64,000 nucleotides of DNA, taken from the NCBI GenBank assembly GCA_038087875.1, contig CM075995.1:8310001-8374000 (forward strand), read 5' to 3'. The translations under genes were made by a program, and so were the position numbers. This DNA comes from Malacoraja senta (taxonomy: Eukaryota). The notes beneath the pieces were generated by a model, which worked only from the letters and a program-made list of their open reading frames with translations, did no database searches and was not told the DNA's origin. Positions 25,696 to 38,456 of this stretch are shown one piece after another. Each line of letters starts with the position of its first letter. Position 1 is the stretch's first letter.

Positions 25696-25949
25696 GTAAC
25701 TTATGCATGGTAGAGCCAATGGTATGAAGCCAGTCCGTCCGTCAGTAAGTTCCACAGATCGCAACCATCTACCACACAGGTACATGGATAGCACAGGTTT
25801 GGAGGGATATGGACCAAGTGCAGGCAGGTGGGAGTAGTGTAGATGGGACATGTTGGCCGGTGTGGGCCAAAGTTGGGCCGAAGGGCCTGTTTCCACGCTG
25901 TATTACTCCATGACCCTATCCCTCTTTGAATCACACAGTCTCTAGCCAA

Positions 25950-26206
25950 CAACGTCACCTATCCATGTTCTCCACAGATGCTGCCTGTCCCGCTGAGTTA
26001 CTCCAGCACTCTGTGAAACGTCACCTATCCATGTTCCCCACAGATGCTGCCTGACCCGCTGAGTTACTCCAGCACTCTGTGAAACGTCACCTATCCATGT
26101 TCTCCACAGATGCTGCCTGACCCGCTGAGTTACTCCAGCACTCTGTGAAACGTCACCTATCCATGTTCTCCACAGATGCTGCCTGACCCGCTGAGTTACT
26201 CCAGCA
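25950..26206 (+). repeat. 66-bp tandem array (~4 units), Penelope-terminal-repeat derived
   Basis: Unit GAAACGTCACCTATCCATGTTCTCCACAGATGCTGCCTGACCCGCTGAGTTACTCCAGCACTCTGT. Confidence 0.92.
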
Positions 26207-27784
26207 TTGTATGTGCCTCTCTTTGGTATAAAGACGGGAATTTAAAAGATTATAAGACAAGATTTTATAGGAATCGGAGGCGTAACCCTATCACACAGAG
26301 GGTGGTGGGTGTATGGAACAAACTGCCGGAGGAGGTAGTTGAGGCAGGAACTATCGCAATCTTTAAGAAACAATTGGACAGGCACATGGAAAGGACAGGT
26401 TTAGAGGGATTTGGACCAAAGGCAGGCAGGTGGGACTAGTGTGGATGGGACATAGAAACATAGAAAATAGGTGCAGGAGGAGGCCATTCGGCCCTTCGAG
26501 CCAGCGCTGCCATTCATTGTGATCATGGCTGATCGTCCCCTATCAATAACCCGTGCCTGCCTTCTCCCCATATCCCTTGACTCCACTAGCCCTAGAGCTC
26601 TATCTAACTCTCTCTTAAATCCATCCAGTGACTTGGCCTCCACTGCCCTCTGTGGCTGGGAATTCCACAAATTCACAACTCTCTGGGTGAAAAAGGTTTT
26701 TCTCACCTCAGTCTTAAATGACCTCCCCTTTATTCTAAGACTGTGACCCCTGGTTCTGGACTCGCCCAACATTGGGAACATGTTTCCTGCATCTAGCTTG
26801 TCCAGTCCTTTTATAATTTTATATGTCTCTATAAGATTTCCCTCTCATCCTTCTAAACTCCAGTGAATACAAGCCCAGTATTTTCAATCTTTCCTCATAT
26901 GACAGTCCCGCCATCCCAGGGATCAATCTCGTGACATGTGGGCGAGTTCGGCCGAAGGTACTGTTTCCACGCTGCGTCACTCTGAAAAGGTTTGCGAGGA
27001 ATATGGGCCAAATGCGTGCAAATGGGACTATGGTAGATGGTACATGTTGGTTAACATGGACGAGTTGGGCTGGAGAGGATTTCACATAATACTAAAACAA
27101 GAATGAGGTGGTGAGGCTCTAGAAGGCGCTGGTCAGGCCACGCTTGGAGTATTGTGAGCAAGTCAAGTCAAGAGAGTGTATTGTCATGTGTCCCAGATAG
27201 GACAATGAAATCCATGCCCCAATTTGGGCCCCGTATCTGAGCAAGGATGCGCTGGCTCTGGAGAGGGAAAACCTACAGTGGGTTAACATATGTTTAAGAA
27301 GGAACTGCAGATGCTGGAACAATCGAAGGTGGACAAAAACGCTGGAGAAACTCAGCGGGTGCGGCAGCATCTATGGAGCGAAGGAAATAGGCGACGTTTC
27401 GGGTCGAGACCCTTGAAGGGTCTCGACCTGAAACCTCGCCTATTTCCTTCGCATTGGACAGGCACATGTCATCCAGCATTTCCTCCAGCACCGTGGGTTA
27501 ACATATGATGAGCGCGTGTCGGCACTGGGCCTGTACTCGCTGCAGTTTAGAAGGATGAGGGGGGGGACCTCCTTGAAACTTACCGAATAGTGAAAGGCCT
27601 GGATAGAGCGGATGTGGAGAGGATGTTTCCACTAGTGGGAGAGTGTTGGACCAGAGGTCACAGCCTGATGTTCCTTTAAGAAGGAAATAAGGAGACATTT
27701 CTTTAATCAGAGGGTGGTGAATCTGTGCAATTCAATGGATATTTTTAAAGGCAGAGATAGATAGATTCTTGTATAGTTCGGATG

Positions 27785-28215
27785 TCAAGTCAAGTCAAGT
27801 GAATTTTATTTCTATAGCACATTTAAAAACAACTCTCGTTGACCAAAGTGCTTTACATCAGTGCAGGTACTAACATGCTACATACATTGGTACATAGATC
27901 TAACAATACATACATAAATACATACATACAGCGCTCCCTCAGAGGGCCTCAAGAAAGGCTTGAGAGTAGAAATAAGTTTTAAGTCTAGACTTAAAAGAGT
28001 TGATGGAGGGGCAGTTCTGATGGGAAGAGGGATGCTGTTCCACAGTCTAGGAGCTGCAACCGCAAAAGCGCGGTCGCCCCTGAGCTTATGCCTAGACCGC
28101 GGGATGTTCAGTAACCCCAAGTCGGCCGATCTGAGGGACCTGGAGGTGGTGTGGTGGGTAAGCAGATTTTTTATGTAGATGGGGTCAAGCCCGTTAAGGG
28201 CTTTGTAAACAAAAG
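27785..28215 (-). mobile_element. L2 LINE 3' fragment
   Basis: VYKALNGL.P.Y..LRS..GDRAFAVAAPRLWNS motif and (TTGAC)n tail. Confidence 0.85.
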
Positions 28216-28768
28216 TCAGGGGCTGTGCAGGAGAATGGGGGTTGAGAGGGAAAACTAGATCAGCCATGATTGAATGGCAGAGTAGACTTGATGGGGGCAA
28301 ATGGCCAAATTCTGCTCCTGTCCTCCTCCTAAGATTGTTAAGGGCTTGGACAAGCTAGAGGCAGGAAACATGTTCCTGATGTTGGGGGGAGTCCAGAACC
28401 AGGGGCCACAGTTTAAGAATAAGGAGTAAGCCATTTAGAACGGAGACGAGGAAACACTTTTTCTTACAGAGAGTGGTGAGTCTGTGGAATTCTCTCCCTC
28501 AGACGGCGGTGGAGGCAGGTTCTCTGGATGCTTTCAAGAGAGAGCTAGATAGGGCTCTTAAAAATAGTGGAGTCAGGGGATATGGGAAGAAGGCAGGAAC
28601 GGGGTACTGATTGGGGATGATCAGCCATGATCACATTGAATGGCGGTGCTGGCTCGAAGGGGCCGAATGGCCTACTCCTGCACCTATTGTCTATTGTCAC
28701 TGATGAAGGGGCGGATTCCATGCTGTACGACTGTGTGTGAATTCTCTAAATGGCGGATTATTTTGCAG

Positions 28769-28843
28769 GTGCTGCAGGATGGCTTTGCTCGCTGTGTGGC
28801 GGTGTTGACAAACTCCAGCAAGAAGGACGACATGGCAGTGCAG
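28769..28843 (+). CDS. DNAJC13: DNAJC13 exon: VLQDGFARCVAVLTNSSKKDDMAVQ
   Basis: AG/GT, phase 0 to 0. Confidence 0.94.
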
Positions 28844-28899
28844 GTACAGTCAGCCTGTTCCTGGCGGGGTTTACCGCTCCGTCCCGGGTCGATGCCGTG

Positions 28900-29854
28900 T
28901 AGGGTCGCCGACTTTCTCACACTCCCAAATAAGGGACAAAAGCTCAAAATACGGGACAAATTCCCCGACGGCAATTCGTCGAGCGACTCGGCCGTGGCTG
29001 GGTGAATGATGAGTTGGCCCCGGGTGCTGGACTACACACAAAGCCCAGCCGGCGGGGCCAGCTGAGGAGTTTTGGCCCGAGCGTCGCGCGCAAAGTCCGG
29101 CGCCCGTCCAACTCACGAACCGATGATCGGCCGTGAGAAGGAGGGGTGGTGGTGGTGGTGTCGGCGGTAAGCGAAGGTCCGAAGGTCGGACAGCTGGCCG
29201 GGCTGCCGACCGACCGACGGGGCCACGGGCGAGGCGCTGCTGCTGCACTCCATGGGCTGCACTACGTCAGGGACGGGTGATACATAGATACATAGATACA
29301 TAGAAAATAGGTGCAGGAGTAGGCCATTCGGCCCTTCGAGCCTGCACCGCCATTCAATATGATCATGGCTGATCATCCAACTCAGTATCCCGTACCTGCC
29401 TTCTCTCCATATCCCCTGATCCCCTTTAGCCACAAGGGCCACATCTAACTCCCTCTTAAATATAGCCAATGAACTGGCCTCAACTACCCTCTGTGGCAGA
29501 GAGTTCCAGAGATTCACCACTCTCTGTGTGAAAAAGTTTTTCCTCATCTCGGTCTTAAAGGATTTCCCCCTTATCCTTAAGCTGTGACCCCTTGTCCTGG
29601 ACTTCCCCAACATCGGGAACAATCTTCCTGCATCTAGCCTGTCCAACCCCATAAGAATTTTGTACGTTTCTATAAGATCCCCTCTCAATCTCCTAAATTC
29701 TAGCGAGGCGGGTGAGGCGGGGCCGGACGCGGCGTTCCGACCCGACACGAGTAGTTGCAGTCAAATACGGGACAAGGGCGGTCCTGTACGGGACGAACCA
29801 AGTTAGCCCAATATATGGGATGTCCCAGCTAATACGGGACAGTTGGCGACACTA
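28900..29854. mobile_element. Non-autonomous hAT-like (Tip100-type termini) transposon with nested CR1 (~29282-29705)
   Basis: TIRs TAGGGTCGCC / GGCGACACTA; subterminal GGGACA repeats; flanks CCGTG / ACGTG. Confidence 0.75.
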
Positions 29855-29876
29855 ACGTGGCACCTCTCCGTTCTAG

Positions 29877-29996
29877 GTCTGCGGCCACATCTGCCAGTGT
29901 TACAGCGTCGCGGCACAGTTTGAGGAGTGCCGGGAAAAGATCACGGAGATGCCCACCATCATCAGAGACCTCTGTAGACTGCTCTACTACGGCAAG
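29877..29996 (+). CDS. DNAJC13: DNAJC13 exon: [40 protein letters not shown]
   Basis: AG/GT, phase 0 to 0. Confidence 0.96.
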
Positions 29997-30326
29997 GTAG
30001 GGCATCTCATTTGTTATACTGATTGTATTGGCAAGGGTGATGGGTTGTATATATGACTAAGAGATACTGTATAGTACCTGGACGTTACAGACTTCATGTT
30101 CTTGTACCATCTTCCTCATCATCATTGAAAACATCGCCGGGCACGGTGCCTTACGATGCTATGTACAGTGGTCGCAACTTCTACTGAAGTGTGGATGGCC
30201 GTTGGCTCGCTAGGAGCTCATCCGCCCTTTGACATGTCTTGTTTCTGGTCCTGCTGGGGGTCCATAGCCCCCTCCTCACCTGGCAAACCAGGTGGGGGAG
30301 ACGGTTTAGTCCCCGACTTTCCGACC

Positions 30327-30890
30327 AATAGACAATAGGTGCAGGAGTAGGCCATTCGGCCCTACGAGCCAGCACCGCCATTTAATGTGATCATGGCTGA
30401 TCATCCCCAATCAGTACCCCGTTCCTGCCTTCTCCCCATATCCCCTGACTCCGCTATCTTTAAGAGCCCTATCTAGCTCTCTCTTGAAAGTATCCAGAGA
30501 ACCGGCCTCCACCGCCCTCTGAGGCAGAGAATTCCACAGACTCACCACTCTCTGTGAGAAAAAGTGTTTCCTCGTCTCCGTTCTAAATGGCTTACTCCTT
30601 ATTCTTAAACTGTGGCCCCTGGTTCTGGACTCCCCCAACATCGGGAACATGTTTCCTGCCTCTAGCGTGTCCAAACCCTTAACAATCTTATATGTTTCAA
30701 TGAGATACCCTCTCATCCTTCTAAACTCCAGAGTGTACAAGCCCATTCTCTCAGCATATGACAGTCCCGCCATCCCGGGACTTAACCTTGTAAACCTACG
30801 CTGCACTCCCTCAATACCAAGAATGTCCTTCCTCAAATTAGGGGACCAAAACTGCGCCCAATACTCCAGGTGTGGTCTCACTAGGGCCCT
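30327..30890 (-). mobile_element. CR1 3' fragment
   Basis: ORF 30411..31070 C-terminal CR1 motifs. Confidence 0.9.
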
Positions 30891-31646
30891 GGCAGGAGTG
30901 AAGTGAGAGCGTGGCCAGGGTGGTGTGGGTCTCTGATGATGCCGGCTGTCTTTTTGAGGCCTCCTATAGATCCCTTCGATGGTGGGGAGGTGATGGACCG
31001 GGCACTTTTTGTAATCTCCTTTGTTCCTGGGCGTTCGAGTTGCTGGACTAGGCCCATGCTGCCTGACCATTTGAGTTACTCCAGCATTTTGTGGGGTTTT
31101 TTCTCCTCCCCTCTATCGTACCCGAATCCACCTACAGTTAGCAGATGTCAGAGGGAATTCTGTACTTTACCCGCACCCCATACCTGACTTTGCTCAGATA
31201 GGCAAAGTCTATGCAAAATCAAACAGCTCATAGACCAGTGGCGGGTCTATCGAACATGTCGGCTTATTAATAGGCTGAATAGTCTGAAGAAGTGTTTTGG
31301 CCCGAAACGTTGCCTATTTCCTTCGCTCCATAGATGCTGCTGCACCTGCTGAGTTTCTCCAGCATTTTTGTCTCCCATTGATTTTCCAGCATCTGCAGTT
31401 CCTTCTTGAACGGCTTATTAATAGGCCTCGGCAATGTAGGCACTAAATGCTGGAGTCACTCAGCGGGTGGGGCAGCACCTCTGGAGAGAAGGAATGGGCG
31501 ACGTTGCGGGGTCGAGACCCTTCTTCAGACTGAGCTCGAAGCTAGATTTTGTTCTGTGGCAGGTTGACACAAAATGCTGGAGTAACTCAGCGGGTGGGGC
31601 AGCACCTCTGGAGAGAAGGAATGGGCGACGTTTCGGGGGAACAGTG

Positions 31647-32147
31647 TGTAAGACCAAACTGCTTTAACAAGCCAAAGTAACTACACAATGTCCATACCCT
31701 CATGACACAGCGGTTACTTGTAGAGTTGAAATATTAACCATTATTGATCAATGTCTCTGTCACCTTTCATCCCCACAGTTATCTTTGATCTTACTGTTTC
31801 CTGCAGTTTAGAAATCTCCCTCCCAAATATATCTAACATGCAGATACCATAAAAGTCAAGATTCTACTCGCTAGATGAGGTCCCCTCGTTAAAGAGGTCC
31901 TTCGTTAACCTTCTGGAGACTTGCCTGCTAAACACAGTGACAAAGGGGCAGCTGTAATCTCAAGATTGCAATAGATAAGACCCTAGCTGGAACTGCGAAG
32001 GATCATCCCTCCCCACGATAGATAAGGAAGCCTGCTTCTCAGCGGAATGGTTCAGCTACGCTATTCTAACTCCATTCTGGGCCATTTATCCCATCATGCT
32101 TCCCCAGTAAGTGAGCGCCAGGGTTAACCATATTATAAACCTCCTCA
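31647..32147. mobile_element. Possible solo LTR or LTR fragment
   Basis: ~500 bp unique non-coding block starting TG and ending CA between known repeats; no clean TSD. Confidence 0.35.
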
Positions 32148-33337
32148 GGGTGTGAGCTACGGGGAGAACTTTAGCAGGCTGTGTCTCTGTTCCATGGGGC
32201 GCAGAAGGATGAGGGGTGATCTTATAGAGGTGTACAAAATCATGAGAGGAATAGATCGGGCAGACGCACAGAGTCTCTTGCCCAGAGCAGGGGAATCGGG
32301 GGCCAGAGGACATATGTTCAAGGTGAAGGGGAAATGATTGAATAGGAATCCAAGGGGTAACCTTTTTCACACCAAGGGTGGTGGGTGTATGGAACAAGCT
32401 GCCAGAGGAGGTAGTTGAGACTGGGACTATCCCATTGTTTAAGAAACAGTTAGACAGGTACATGGATAGGACAGGTTTGGAGGGATATGGGCCAAGCGCA
32501 GGCAGGCAGGTGGGACTAGTGTAGCTGGGACATGTTGGCCGGTGTGGGCAAGTATGGCCCTGTTTCCACACTGTATATCTCTGTGACTCTACCTTCCTGA
32601 TCATTCTCAAAATTCCCGCCATCAATAGAGTTCAATGATGCTGCGTTATTGTCATACGTACCGAGTGAGGAAATGCTTTATCTTTGCCTACAACCCAGTA
32701 AGATCATACAGCAGGCCTCAGCTAGGCCGTACACAGAGTCCCCACGTTTCTGCCGCCGCCGGCAAGGTTTCGCTTAGGGATACGCAGCGCGGTAACAGGC
32801 CCTTCGGCCCACCGAGTCCGCACCGACCAGCGATCCCCGCACATTAACGCTAGCCAACACTAGGGACAAGTTTTACATTGGTACTGTAAGTAGCCAAAGA
32901 ATACAATCTGAAGTTCAAGATCATCTTTAATCAGCATTCGTATTATAGCGGTACAGCCATTTAACCTCAAAACCCACAACCCGCAAGTCTTTGTAGTGTG
33001 GGAGAGGAAACGGAGATCTCGGAGAAAACCACGCAGGTCACGGGGAGAAGGTACAAAGTCCATACAGACAGCTCCCGTAGTCGGGATCGAACCCGGGTCT
33101 CTGGCGCCGTGAAGCTGCAAGGCATGCCACCGTGCCGCCCTTACAAATGGTTAATCGGACAGTCGCATGTTGTGGGGGCGGAGAACCGGGCCTACCGCGC
33201 ACGTGTCTCCACGCGGCCCCTCCCCGAAGGTGCCCCCTGCGTTCTGGCCAGCCTCCCCCCCCCTGCCGGGTTGCCATCGACAGACCCCTCCCTCTCAACA
33301 GGGTCCAGCCCCTCCTCGCTCTCGTCGTCACCGCCGC

Positions 33338-33398
33338 CCGTGCTGATATTATCGAGACATTACCACGCACAGCGATGCTGGTTGTCGAGTGTGTGGGC
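33338..33398 (+). pseudogene. Diverged duplicate of acceptor plus first 14 codons of the DNAJC13 exon at 34910
   Basis: [14 protein letters not shown] vs [14 protein letters not shown]; 48/61 nt identical to 34891-34951. Confidence 0.8.
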
Positions 33399-34886
33399 AT
33401 CTTGTCCGGCAACATCACAATCTGGTTTGGCAACTGCTCTGCCCAGGACTCTGCAGAGAGTAGTGCGTTTGGCCGAACGCACCACGGGAACTACACTCAC
33501 CCCCCTGTAGGACCTATACACCAGGAGGTGCAGATAGAATAGAATAGAATAGAAACTTTATTTGCCACACGACCAGGGTTGGTGGTAATTGGGTTCGGTA
33601 CATGATGGTACACTGCTTTAGCACATTAACACTAACAACAATAATAAAGCACATCACAAATCACAAATCTCACCAACAATACATAGTGCAAAAGAACAGA
33701 CAAAAACCATAGACAAGACACTGTATACATCAAAGTCAAAAAGTTATTGGAGGGAATTAAGTGTTCTTATTGCTGAGGGGAAGAAACTGTTTTTAAAACG
33801 GGTGGATTTTGTAGCAAGTGACCTAAGGCGCCTCCCTGAAGGGAGAGACTGGAAAAAGGTGGTTTGCTGGATGGGAGGGGTCCGAGATGATCTTTGTTGC
33901 CCGTTTTGAGGTACGTTGGAGGTAAATGGAATGGATTGAGGGGAGGGGAGAGTTGATGATCCTAGAGGCCTTGGAGACAATGCGCTGTATTCTGTGTAGT
34001 GAGTGACTGTCAGTGTTTCCGTACCAGACTGTGATTGAGGAGGTGATGATGCTTTCAATGATGGATCCAGAGCCAGCAACATTATGGGGGACCCCTACCC
34101 CCCCAGCAACGGACTGTTCCAGCTGCTACGGTCAGGCAAGCCCCTCCGCTGTCACGCTGTGAAAACAGAGAGGATGAGACGGAGTTTCTTCCCACAGGCC
34201 ATCAGGATTGTAAACTCTTATCTCACCAGGGACTCATTTACTGTTGTGTTGTGTCTTTTTTATGTTTCTAATATCTAAATACTGATTCTGTTCTATTTTG
34301 TTGAAGAAGGAACTGCAGATGCTGGAAAATCGAAGGTAGACAAAAGTGCTGGAGAAACTCAGCGGGTGCAGCAGCATCTATGGAGCGAAGGAGCGAAGGA
34401 AATAGGATCTATGGAGCGAAGGAAATAGGCTACATTTCGGGCTTAAACCCTTCTTCAGGGTATTCGGTGGGGTGGGGGGGTGGGGAGAAGAAAGGAAAAA
34501 TGAAAAGGAGGAGCCTGAGGGCTAAGGGAGAGCTGAGAAGGGGAGGAGACAGCAAGGGCATTGGAGAATTCAATGTTTATGCTGCTAGGGTGCAGACTGC
34601 CCAAGCAGAATATGAGGTGCTGCTCCTCCAGTTTCAGGTGGTGCTCACTCTGGCCATGGAGGAGGCCCAGGACAGAAAGGTCGGATACGGAATCGGCCCG
34701 AAACGTTGCCTATTTCCTTCACTCCCTAGATGCTGCTGCACCCGCTTAGTTTCTCCAGCACTTTTGTCTACCTTCTGTTCTATTCTGATCTGTAGTTTTT
34801 GCACAATCCCGCGGGCATTGCCACTTTCATTTCACTGCACGTCTTGTATGTGTGTGTGTGTGACAAATAAACTTGACTTGACTTGA
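33397..34886 (+). mobile_element. Rex1/Babar-like LINE 3' fragment with nested antisense LINE (~33536-34063) and Penelope-derived insert (34303-34772)
   Basis: ILSGNITIWFGN..LQRVVR.AER and SFFPQAIR motifs; (TTGAC)n tail at 34870-34886; sister copy at 44135-45040. Confidence 0.8.
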
Positions 34887-34909
34887 TTCTCCGTGCTCAT
34901 CTCTTACAG

Positions 34910-35089
34910 ACGTTACCGCGGACAGCCATGCTGGCGGTCGAGTGCGTGGGCTCCTTCGCGGTGGATTACTGGTTACAGACCCACTTGTTCCAAGCTGGTA
35001 TCTTGTGGCATCTCCTCGTCTACCTCTTCAACTACGACTACACGCTGGAGGAAAGTGGCATTCAAAAGTCTGAAGAAACCAATCAGCAG
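34910..35089 (+). CDS. DNAJC13: DNAJC13 exon: [33 protein letters not shown]
   Basis: AG/GT, phase 0 to 0. Confidence 0.96.
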
Positions 35090-35109
35090 GTAATTAGGAG
35101 TCTAGACCC

Positions 35110-35369
35110 GAAACGTCACCCATTCCCTCTCTCCACAGATGCTGCCTGACCCGCTGAGTTACTCCAGCACTCTGTGAAACGTCACCTATCCATGTTCTCC
35201 ACAGATGCTGCCTGACCCGCTGAGTTACTCCAGCACTCTGTGAAACGTCACCTATCCATGTTCTCCACAGATGCTGCCTGACCCGCTGAGTTACTCCAGC
35301 ACTCTGTGAAACGTCACCTATCCATGTTCTCCACAGATGCTGCCTGACCCGCTGAGTTACTCCAGCACT
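35110..35369 (+). repeat. 66-bp tandem array (~4 units)
   Basis: Same unit as the 25950 array. Confidence 0.92.
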
Positions 35370-35787
35370 GTTTTATTTATACTTCAACTTGTACTTATAG
35401 CTTATACTTTTCCCGATGTTGGGGGTGTCCAGAGGCCACAGTTTAAGAACCAGGGGCCACAGTTTAAGAATAAGGGGTAAGCCATTTAGAACGGAGATGA
35501 GGAAACACTTTTTCACACAATGGGTTGTGAATCTGTGGAATTCTCTGCCTCAGAGGGCGGTGGAGGCCGGTTCTCTGGAAGCTTTCAAGAGAGAGTGAGA
35601 TAGAGCTCTTAAAGATAGCGGAGTCAGGCGATATGGGGAGAACGAGGGTACTGATTGTGGATGATCAGCCATGATCACATTGAATGGCGGTGCTGGCTCG
35701 AAGGGCCGAATGGTCTACTCCTGCATCCATTGTCTAAATATATTGCAAACAATCTTGTGGTGAACCTTGTTCCGTTTCTTTCACCAG

Positions 35788-35955
35788 GAAGTGTCGAACA
35801 GTCTGGCAAAATTCTGTGTGTCTGCGCTGAGTCGACTGGGCGGGTATTTGTCGGAGGACAAGGCGACGCCTGAAAATCCCACCATCAGGAAGTGCCTGGC
35901 AGCGTTGCTCTCGCCCTATGTCTCCAGAAGGCTTTCCAAAGACGGCCCAGCGGAG
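35788..35955 (+). CDS. DNAJC13: DNAJC13 exon: [28 protein letters not shown]
   Basis: AG/GT, phase 0 to 0. Confidence 0.95.
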
Positions 35956-36339
35956 GTGACGTTCCATTGGTTTTTCTTTGCAGCCAGTGTAGTCAATAGC
36001 CAGATTTATTTGTCACATACACAATGAAGGGGCAGTGAAACGAATTTGCCAGCAGCGGTACAATCAAAAAGAACACACAATACACAATACACAATAAGAA
36101 TTTAACACAAACATCCATCACAGCATTCTTCACAGTGGAAGGCATCAAGGTTCAGTCAGTCCTACTCCATTTTCCCCCGTGGTCGGGGCCGTGAAACCTC
36201 CGCAGTTGCCGCTGCGGGCGGCCCGACGTACAGGCAAGGTAAGTCCCGAATCGATGCTTCCCTACCGGAGACCGCGGCTCGAAGATGACGTAGGCCGCAG
36301 GCCGGCGGTCGGAACTCTTCTCCAGGGATTCCCAGCGAG

Positions 36340-36805
36340 GGATGTTGCCTGGGTTTCAGCACCTAAGTTACAGAGAAAGGTTGAACAAGATAGGTCTTTA
36401 TTCTTTGGAGCGCAGAAGGTTAAGGGGGGACTTGATAGCGGTCTTTAAAATTATGAGCGGGTTAGACAGAGTTGACGTGGATAAGCTTTTTCCATTGAGA
36501 GTAGGGAAGATTCAAACAAGAGGACATGATTTGAGAATTAAGGGACAAAAGTTTAGGGGTAACATGAGGGGGAACTTCTTTACTCAGAGAGTGGTAGCTG
36601 TGTGGAATGAGCTTCCAGTGGAAGTGGTGGAGGCAGGTTCGATTTTATCATTAAAAAATAAATTGGATAGGTATATGGACGGGAAAGGAATGGAGGGTTA
36701 TGGTCTGAGTGCAGGTAGATGGGACTAGGTGAGAGTAAGTGTTCGGCACGGACTAGAAGGGCCGAGATGGCCTGTTTCCGTGCTGTAATTGTTATATGGT
36801 TATAC
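36340..36805 (+). mobile_element. CR1 3' fragment, distinct subfamily
   Basis: Open 128-aa ORF2 C-terminus LERRRLRGDLI..TRGH..FFTQRVV. Confidence 0.88.
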
Positions 36806-37670
36806 GGTAATCCCGCTCAGGATGGTAAGTAGGTAAGTCCCCGCCGCGCCGGCGGCTAGAAGCACCGCAGACCGCGGCTTCAAGCTGTTGTTCAGCGTAA
36901 TTTTATAAATCTGCCTGAAGTTATCGAGTGCCCTTTGTCCCAGCGTCCGCTGCCGTCGCCAACTCCCTCCGCTTCCCCGGTCATCGTGCTGGCGAGCAGT
37001 GGGCTGCACTCTCTGGGCCGGCCGGTCCCAGCTCCGTGGCTGTTGGCGGCCCACCAGTACTGTTCTACAGTTTCAGTCTCAGTTTAGTTTATCGTCACGT
37101 GTACCGAGGTACAGTGAAAGGCTTTTGTCGCGTGCTATCCGGCCAGCGGGAAGACAACACATGATTACAATCGAGCCGTTCACAGTGTACAGATACATGA
37201 TAAGGGAATAACGTCTAGTGCAAGGTAAAGCCAGCAAAGTCCGATCAAGGGTAGTCTAAGGTAGACAAAAATGCTGGAGAAACTCAGCGGGTGAGGCAGC
37301 ATCTATGGAGCGAAGGAATTGGTGACGTCACCTAGATGACCTCCATAGATGCTGCCTCACCCGCTGAGTTTCTCCAGCTTTTTTGTCTACCTTTGATTTT
37401 TCCAGCTTCTGCAGTTTTCCAGCATCTGCAGTTTTCCAGCATCTGCAGTTTTTCTAGCATGTGCAGTTCCTTTTTAAACAAGGATAGTCCGAGGGTCACC
37501 AATGAGGAAGATAGTAGTTCAGCACTGCTCTCTCGTTATGGTAGGGTGGTTCAGTTGCCTGATAACAGCCGGGAAGGAACTGCCCCTGAATCTGGAGGCG
37601 TGCGTTTGTTTTCACACTTCTGTATACTAATATAAACTCTCTTCCACGAATGTGTTTCGTTCTTAACCAG

Positions 37671-37784
37671 ATCCTCAAAATGCTGAACAGCAACACGGAA
37701 AACCCGTACTTAATCTGGAGCAACGGCACTCGCGCTGAGCTGCTGGAGTTCCTGCAGGAACAGCAGGAGAGCATGATCAAGCGG
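37671..37784 (+). CDS. DNAJC13: DNAJC13 exon: [38 protein letters not shown]
   Basis: AG/GT, phase 0 to 0, IWN-type repeat. Confidence 0.96.
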
Positions 37785-38456
37785 GTAAGCTGCACGTTCA
37801 AAACTGTCCTGGCCTCCGTGGTGCAGGGAACGGTTCTTACACAGGCGCAGCGGGTAGAGCTGCTGCCTCGCAGCGCCAGAGACCCGGGTTCAATAGAAAC
37901 ATAGAAAATAGGTGCAGGAGGAGGCCATTCGGCCCTTCGAGCCAGCACCGCCATTCATTGTGATCATGGCTGATCGTCCCCTATCAATAACCCGTGCTGC
38001 CTTCTCCCCATATCCCTTGACTCCACTAGCCCCTAGAGCTCTATCTAACTCTCTCTTAAATCCATCCAGTGATTTGGCCTCCACTGCCCTCTGTGGCAGG
38101 GAATTCCACAAATTCACAACTCTCTGGGTGAGAAAGTTTTTTCTCACCTCAGTCTTAAATGGCCTCCCCTTTACTCTAAGACTGTGGCCCCTGGTTCTGG
38201 ACTCGCCCAACATTGGGAACATTTTTCCTGCATCTAGCTTGTCCAGTCCTTGTATAATTTTATATGTTTCTATAAGATCTCCCCCTCATCCTTCTAAACT
38301 CCAGTGAACTCCATCCCGACTACGGGTGCTGTCTGTGCGGAGTTTGCACGTTCTCCCCCGTGACCCAGTGTGTGTCGGGTAGTGTTGATGTGCGGGGATC
38401 GCTGGTCGGTACGCATTCGGTGGGCCGAACGGCCTGTTTCCGTGCTGTACAGTGCA

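Noticed and set aside
30120..30325. Possible HDV-like ribozyme or RTE 5' UTR around hairpin CACCTGG..CCAGGTG
   Set aside because: Could not assign the nested double-pseudoknot pairings by eye
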